Of a DNA stretch of 38,931 nucleotides, positions 34,298-38,931 are shown one piece after another. The notes under the pieces are model-generated. The model saw only the letters and a program-made list of their open reading frames with translations, was not told the origin of the DNA and searched no databases. Origin of the DNA: Candidatus Pacearchaeota archaeon (GTDB taxonomy: Bacteria > Patescibacteriota > Minisyncoccia > Minisyncoccales > Minisyncoccaceae); assembly GCA_035421265.1 (NCBI GenBank), contig DAOLWP010000002.1:1-38931 (forward strand), read 5' to 3'. The number at the start of each line of letters is the position of its first letter. The first letter of the stretch is position 1. The position numbers and the translations under genes were made by a program.

Positions 34298-35953
34298 ATG
34301 AACAAAGAATATTCAATTATAATAGGGGGAGCAGCCGGTCAAGGGTCGCGCAAAGCAGGACTCCTTATTGCTAAAATTTTTAGTCAACTTGGCTATTATA
34401 TTTATATTTATGAAGATTACCAATCTTTGATAAAAGGCGGTCATAATTTTTCGCAAATTATTGCTTCAGAAAAGAAAAATCCAGCTCTAAAGTCAGAACT
34501 AAATTTTCTTTTAGCTTTAGACCAAAACACTATTGACCGCCATCAGAAAAAATTAAAAAAAGATGGTCTTTTATTTTTTAATAGCAACAAAATTAGCGCC
34601 GAGGGAATTGGCATTCCAGCTGATGAAATTTTGAAAGAATGTGACGGTTTGCCTATTATGGCAAACACAGCCTTAATAGCAGGAATGGCCAAAGGACTTG
34701 GTATAGATTGGGAGTTATTAAGAAGAGTTCTAGAACAAGAACTGCCTAAAGAAAAAGATAAAAATTTAATAATTGCAGAAAGAGCTTATAATCAAGCTAA
34801 ACAAATTTTTGTTGTTGAAAAAACAGGTTCTTCGATTTGTGATTTAATGACTGGAAATGAAGCCATTGCTCAAGGATTAGTTAAGGCTGGATTAGAAATT
34901 TATTTTGCTTATCCAATGACTCCAGCTTCTAGTATTTTACATTATTTAGCTTCTCATCAAAAAGATTGGGGAGTTTTAGCTGTTCAACCAGAAAGTGAAA
35001 TTGCTGTAGCAAGCGAAGCCCTAGGAGCTGCTTATGCTGGTAAACGGACTGCTGTCGGCACATCAGGGGGCGGTTTTTCTTTAATGGTAGAAAGTTTGAG
35101 CATGGCCGCGCAAGCGGAGCTTCCTTTTTTAGCAATTGATAGCCAAAGAATGGGGCCGGCCACTGGCGTGCCTACCTATGGGGCGCAATCAGATTTATTA
35201 TTTACTCTTTATGCTGGCCATGGTGATTTTAAGAGGTTTGTAGCTGCGCCATCTAATGCGGAAGAATCTTTTTATTGGGCTGGAACATTATTAAATTTAG
35301 CTTGGAAATATCAAACGCCAGCAATTTTATTAACCGACAAAGATGTATCAGAAGGAACTTTTTCTATTGAATCAGAATTATTCAAGCAAATTAAAAAACA
35401 AGAAGCTTTATTGTGGAATCAAAAAGGAGAATATCAGCGCTATAAAATTACCAATAAAGGAATATCTCCCTTAGCTTTCCCCGGACAGGCAAACGCGATA
35501 ATTAAATCTAATAGTTATGAGCATAATGAATTTGGAATTACTGAAGAGGTTGATAAAGATATAATTGAAGCAATGCAAAATAAACGTTTAGTAAAATACA
35601 AAGCCATGGAAGAAGAAGCAGAAAAATTGCCAGCTCTTAAAATTTTTGGTAATCAAAATTCAAAAATTGCGGTAGTGGCTTGGGGTTCAACCGTTTTAAC
35701 AGCTTGCGAAGCAGTTGAAAATTTAGAGTTAAAATTAATTCAACCTATTTTGATATCTCCATTTCCCAAAAAACAAATGCAAGCTGCTTTAAGGGGGGTT
35801 GAAAAAATTATTTGCGTTGAAGCAAACGCTTTGGGCCAAATGGCCATGCTTTTAGAAGAGCAGGGATTTCCTGTTTTTCAAAAAATATTAAAATATAAAG
35901 CTGAATTATTTTCAGTTGAAGAGCTAAAAGAAGAATTACAAAAAATAATTTAA
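34298..35953 (+). CDS. 2-oxoacid:ferredoxin oxidoreductase, fused gamma-alpha subunit (two-subunit OFOR type)
   Basis: The N-terminal gamma-like domain (IIGGAAGQGSRKAGLLIAKIF) is followed by the alpha N-terminus (MTGNEAIAQGLVKAGLEIYFAYPMTPAS) and GGGFSLM. Substrate (pyruvate versus 2-oxoglutarate) cannot be told from the sequence. Confidence 0.8.
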   Translation: MNKEYSIIIGGAAGQGSRKAGLLIAKIFSQLGYYIYIYEDYQSLIKGGHNFSQIIASEKKNPALKSELNFLLALDQNTIDRHQKKLKKDGLLFFNSNKISAEGIGIPADEILKECDGLPIMANTALIAGMAKGLGIDWELLRRVLEQELPKEKDKNLIIAERAYNQAKQIFVVEKTGSSICDLMTGNEAIAQGLVKAGLEIYFAYPMTPASSILHYLASHQKDWGVLAVQPESEIAVASEALGAAYAGKRTAVGTSGGGFSLMVESLSMAAQAELPFLAIDSQRMGPATGVPTYGAQSDLLFTLYAGHGDFKRFVAAPSNAEESFYWAGTLLNLAWKYQTPAILLTDKDVSEGTFSIESELFKQIKKQEALLWNQKGEYQRYKITNKGISPLAFPGQANAIIKSNSYEHNEFGITEEVDKDIIEAMQNKRLVKYKAMEEEAEKLPALKIFGNQNSKIAVVAWGSTVLTACEAVENLELKLIQPILISPFPKKQMQAALRGVEKIICVEANALGQMAMLLEEQGFPVFQKILKYKAELFSVEELKEELQKII

Positions 35954-35976
35954 GGTAAATAAAAGTTATTAAAATT

Positions 35977-36777
35977 ATGGATTCATTTAATTTAGAAACA
36001 AACATTCAAAATACTTGGTGCCCCGGATGCGGAAATTTTGGTATTATAAGCGCTTTTAAGCAGGCCATTCAAGAGATTATAAAAAACGGTTTTTCTAAAG
36101 AAAAAATTGTAGTTGTAGGTGACATTGGTTGCAATAGTAAAATTGTAGATTATTTAGCGCTAAATAGTTTAATTGGTTTGCATGGTCGTTCAGTTGTTAC
36201 TGCTGAAGGCATTAAATTAGCCAATCCAGAGTTAAAAGTTTTTGTTTTTTTGGGAGACGGAGCTGGTTTAGATGAAGGAATTGAACATTTAATTCATGCA
36301 GCTAAACGCAATTCTAATATTAAAGTAATTTTGCACAATAATCGTTTATTTGCTTTAACAACAGGACAATTTACAGCTGTTTCTCCGGAAGGATTTAAAA
36401 GCGCTTCTAGCCCTTTTGGAACGATAGAAGAGCCCCTTAATCCCTTAAAGCAAATGATAGTTTCGCGAGCCTCTTTTGTAGCGCGTGGGTATTCAGCCAA
36501 AATTGAGCATCTTAAAAATTTAATTTTAGCAGCTGATAAGCAAGATGGGTTTGCTTATATAGAAGTTTTACAGCCTTGTATTTCATTTTTTAATACTATT
36601 GAATTTTATAATCAAAAAGTTTATGAATTAGCCGGGCACGATATAAGTTCAGAAGCAGCAGCCCTAAAGTTAGCTAGTGAGTGGGAATATAATGCCGAAG
36701 GAAAAATTCCCTTAGGAATATTTTTTGCTAAATCACGGCCAGTTTTTGAAACAAAAGCTTATAGCTTTATAAAATAA
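35977..36777 (+). CDS. 2-oxoacid:ferredoxin oxidoreductase, beta (TPP/Fe-S binding) subunit
   Basis: WCPGCGNFGI Cys motif, GDIGC and the TPP-binding GDGAG...N block. Confidence 0.85.
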   Translation: MDSFNLETNIQNTWCPGCGNFGIISAFKQAIQEIIKNGFSKEKIVVVGDIGCNSKIVDYLALNSLIGLHGRSVVTAEGIKLANPELKVFVFLGDGAGLDEGIEHLIHAAKRNSNIKVILHNNRLFALTTGQFTAVSPEGFKSASSPFGTIEEPLNPLKQMIVSRASFVARGYSAKIEHLKNLILAADKQDGFAYIEVLQPCISFFNTIEFYNQKVYELAGHDISSEAAALKLASEWEYNAEGKIPLGIFFAKSRPVFETKAYSFIK

Positions 36778-37736
36778 TGATTTTATTTAGAAGAAAAAAA
36801 AGAATTGTGTGTATTGGAGGAGGAAGCGGGATGCCACGAGCCGTGCTTTCAGAACTTAAAAAAACTCCCCACTATTTAACTGTTATTTCAGCAGTTTTAG
36901 ATTCAGGCGGGTCGGCTGGAGAATTAAGGCAAGACTATCAGACGATTGCTTTTGGCGATATTCGGCGAGCTTTTATAGAATTAGTTGATTGGCCATTAGA
37001 TATTAAAGATTATTTAAGTTTTCGTTTTCAAGGCGGTTGTTTAGATAATCATGTTTTAGCTAATATTATGCTTTCTGCCTTATATCTTTCGGAAAAAAAA
37101 TACCGGATGTTTTTTGAAAAAATTAATAAATTATTGCCAGACCGGCAATGTATTTTACCAGCCACAGTTTCTAATTCTCATTTGCACGCTATTTTAGAAA
37201 ATGGCGAAGAGATCAAAGGAGAAGAAAACATAGATGTGCCAAAGCATGACAGTAATTTAAGAATTAAAAAAATATTTCTTGCGCCAGAAGCCAATCCTTG
37301 TCCCATTACCTTAAAAAAAATAGCGGAAGCAGATGCAATTATTATTGGGCCCGGAGATTTATATACTTCTTTGTTGCAAACTCTTTTAATTAATGGTTTA
37401 GGGGAGGCAATTATAAAAAGTTCAGCTAAAAAAATTTTAATTTGTAATCTTATGACCAAGAGAGGAGAATCTAATAATTTTAATGTTCAAGATTTTAGTA
37501 ATGAGATTGAGCGTTATTTAGGAGGAGAATTAGATTATGTTATCTATAACAGCGCCGAACCTTCAAAAAAGCGCTTATCACAATACTTAAAAGAGCGCTC
37601 GGAATTATTAAGTATGGTTGAGGTTCCTTTAGGATTAGATAATAAAAAATTTATCGGCGCTGATTTATTAGAATTGCGTGGGCCAATTGTCCATAATCCT
37701 ATTGTTTTAAATAAAATAATCTTAAAATTAATTTAA
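36777..37736 (+). CDS. yvcK: YvcK/GlmR-like (CofD/UPF0052 family) protein
   Basis: VCIGGGSG P-loop-like start, VLDSGGSAGELR and GPGDLYTSL motifs. Its start overlaps the upstream stop (TAATG). Confidence 0.8.
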   Translation: MILFRRKKRIVCIGGGSGMPRAVLSELKKTPHYLTVISAVLDSGGSAGELRQDYQTIAFGDIRRAFIELVDWPLDIKDYLSFRFQGGCLDNHVLANIMLSALYLSEKKYRMFFEKINKLLPDRQCILPATVSNSHLHAILENGEEIKGEENIDVPKHDSNLRIKKIFLAPEANPCPITLKKIAEADAIIIGPGDLYTSLLQTLLINGLGEAIIKSSAKKILICNLMTKRGESNNFNVQDFSNEIERYLGGELDYVIYNSAEPSKKRLSQYLKERSELLSMVEVPLGLDNKKFIGADLLELRGPIVHNPIVLNKIILKLI

Positions 37737-38914
37737 TGCAAGCAATTATTTTGGCCTCTGGCCAAGGAACTAGATTTGTGCCATTTTCTATAACCAAACC
37801 AAAACCTCTTTTTTCGGTTTTTGGGCAATCTATTTTAGAGCATAACTTAAATGCTTTAATTGGAATTGTAGATGAGGTTTTAATAATTATAGGTTATAAA
37901 AAAGAACAAGTTAAAGAATTAATTGGAAATAAATATAAGGGAATTAAAATAAAATATATTGACCAAGATGAGCAAACAGGAACAGGGGCAGCTGCAAAGT
38001 TAGCCGCCCCGTACTTAAAAGATAAATTTTTGCTTTTGAATGGTGATGATTATTATTTTCAAGAAGATATAAAAAGAGCAATAAATAATTTTCCGAGTAT
38101 ACTTGTGAAAGAGCATTCTAATCCATCGGCCTTTGGTGTAGTTTCTGTTTTAGATGCTAAAGTTGTAGATTTAATTGAAAAACCAGTTAATCCTTCTACT
38201 AATTTAGTTAATACTGGTTTATATTATCTGCCCAAAAGTATTTTTGAATTTCAGATTGAAAAATCTTTACGCGGAGAATATGAATTTACTGACTACCTAA
38301 GGCTTTTTTTAGAAAAAAATGATTTATACTTTACAATAGCGCAAAATTGGTTTCCGGCTTCTTATCCTTGGGATATTTTTAATGCCTTGCCAATGCTTTT
38401 TCAAGAAAAAGAAAAAATTAATCAAGGAATAATAGAATCTAATGTAGAAATAAAGGGCGACATTATTGTGGGCAAGGGGAGCGTAATAAAAAGCGGAGCT
38501 TATTTAGAAGGTTTGGTTTATATTGGAGAAAATTGTGTGGTTGGTCCAAATTGTTTTATTCATGGCGTTACTTCTATTGGAAATTATTGTCATATTGGCA
38601 ATGCTGTGGAAATAAAAAATTCAATTTTAGGAAATTATACTAATGTTGCTCACTTGTCTTATGTGGGAGATTCAATTATCGGAGATAATTGCAATTTGGC
38701 GGCTGGAATCATTACCGCCAATTTAAGACACGATAATGCCAATGTTAAAACCAAAGTTAAAGGTAATTTAGTTGATACTCAAAGAAATAAACTCGGCGCT
38801 TTAATCGGAGATAATGTTAAAATTGGGGTAGGCACCTTAATTAATCCGGGTCGGAAAATATGGCCCAATAAAACAACCTTGCCGGGCTTGATTGTAAAAG
38901 ATGATATTGAATGA
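37736..38914 (+). CDS. Bifunctional sugar-1-phosphate nucleotidylyltransferase / left-handed beta-helix acetyltransferase (archaeal-type GlmU-like)
   Basis: N-terminal AIILASGQGTRF nucleotidyltransferase signature, and C-terminal hexapeptide repeats (IG.N..IG.N). Its length of about 390 aa resembles archaeal ST0452-type enzymes rather than the 456-aa bacterial GlmU. It has a TAATG start overlap. Confidence 0.7.
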   Translation: MQAIILASGQGTRFVPFSITKPKPLFSVFGQSILEHNLNALIGIVDEVLIIIGYKKEQVKELIGNKYKGIKIKYIDQDEQTGTGAAAKLAAPYLKDKFLLLNGDDYYFQEDIKRAINNFPSILVKEHSNPSAFGVVSVLDAKVVDLIEKPVNPSTNLVNTGLYYLPKSIFEFQIEKSLRGEYEFTDYLRLFLEKNDLYFTIAQNWFPASYPWDIFNALPMLFQEKEKINQGIIESNVEIKGDIIVGKGSVIKSGAYLEGLVYIGENCVVGPNCFIHGVTSIGNYCHIGNAVEIKNSILGNYTNVAHLSYVGDSIIGDNCNLAAGIITANLRHDNANVKTKVKGNLVDTQRNKLGALIGDNVKIGVGTLINPGRKIWPNKTTLPGLIVKDDIE

Positions 38915-38931
38915 TGTTCTTGCTGTTAAAT

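Noticed and set aside
1-38931. Alternative genetic code (UGA recoding as in some CPR lineages)
   Set aside because: TGA terminates several well-conserved genes at the expected protein ends: the elp3-like gene at 173-175, smpB at 14273-14275, the histidine phosphatase at 17432-17434 and metG at 29022-29024. All long genes are intact under code 11.
1-38931. Mobile elements, prophage, toxin-antitoxin or defence islands
   Set aside because: No transposase, integrase, recombinase, restriction/modification, Cas, or recognisable TA or abortive-infection domains were seen in any frame. Gene content is core housekeeping, so I do not claim a novel defence-type system here.

Overview
This is a visibly AT-rich, very gene-dense bacterial chromosome segment. 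It holds about 38 protein genes, tiny intergenic gaps and many 1-35 nt gene overlaps. Composition and gene content look like a reduced-genome Patescibacteria/CPR-type organism; that is inference, since no rRNA is present to confirm it. The standard code applies, because TGA terminates several well-conserved genes.

Content is overwhelmingly core housekeeping:
- Translation: five aminoacyl-tRNA synthetases (argS, ileS, glyQS, metG, leuS), infC-rpmI-rplT, smpB and greA.
- DNA repair and nucleases: PolX, an EndoQ-like nuclease, an MGMT-like domain and tatD.
- Envelope and UDP-GlcNAc synthesis: mltG, glmS, yvcK and a GlmU-like enzyme.
- Other: a two-subunit 2-oxoacid:ferredoxin oxidoreductase, an M16 peptidase, an SPFH protein, an AI-2E transporter and several hypothetical membrane or surface proteins.

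I see no mobile element, CRISPR array or obvious defence island, and I cannot point to a clear-cut novel multi-gene system.

The points most worth a second look:
1. An unlisted tmRNA gene (minus strand, about 13935-14280) is wedged with zero spacing between smpB and infC. The smpB stop codon lies inside the tmRNA acceptor stem. infC must start at a non-AUG codon immediately after the tmRNA 3' end. Two ORF-track entries are therefore partly or wholly artefacts.
2. A divergent Elp3-like (radical SAM + GNAT) and Trm9-like methyltransferase pair lies only 13 bp apart. This suggests a eukaryote/archaea-type (m)cm5U34 tRNA wobble pathway in a bacterium.
3. A tight LOG/SLOG-like, polybasic beta-barrel, EndoQ-like, SPFH operon ends at a perfect 16-bp palindrome.
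4. Upstream of greA there is a consensus promoter, a long nested hairpin coinciding with a 30-codon ORF, and a terminator-like hairpin.
5. A glmS / OFOR / yvcK / GlmU-like cluster is translationally coupled.
6. GC-rich palindromic repeats sit at the window's left edge.

All family calls come from reading the motifs by eye; no searches were run.
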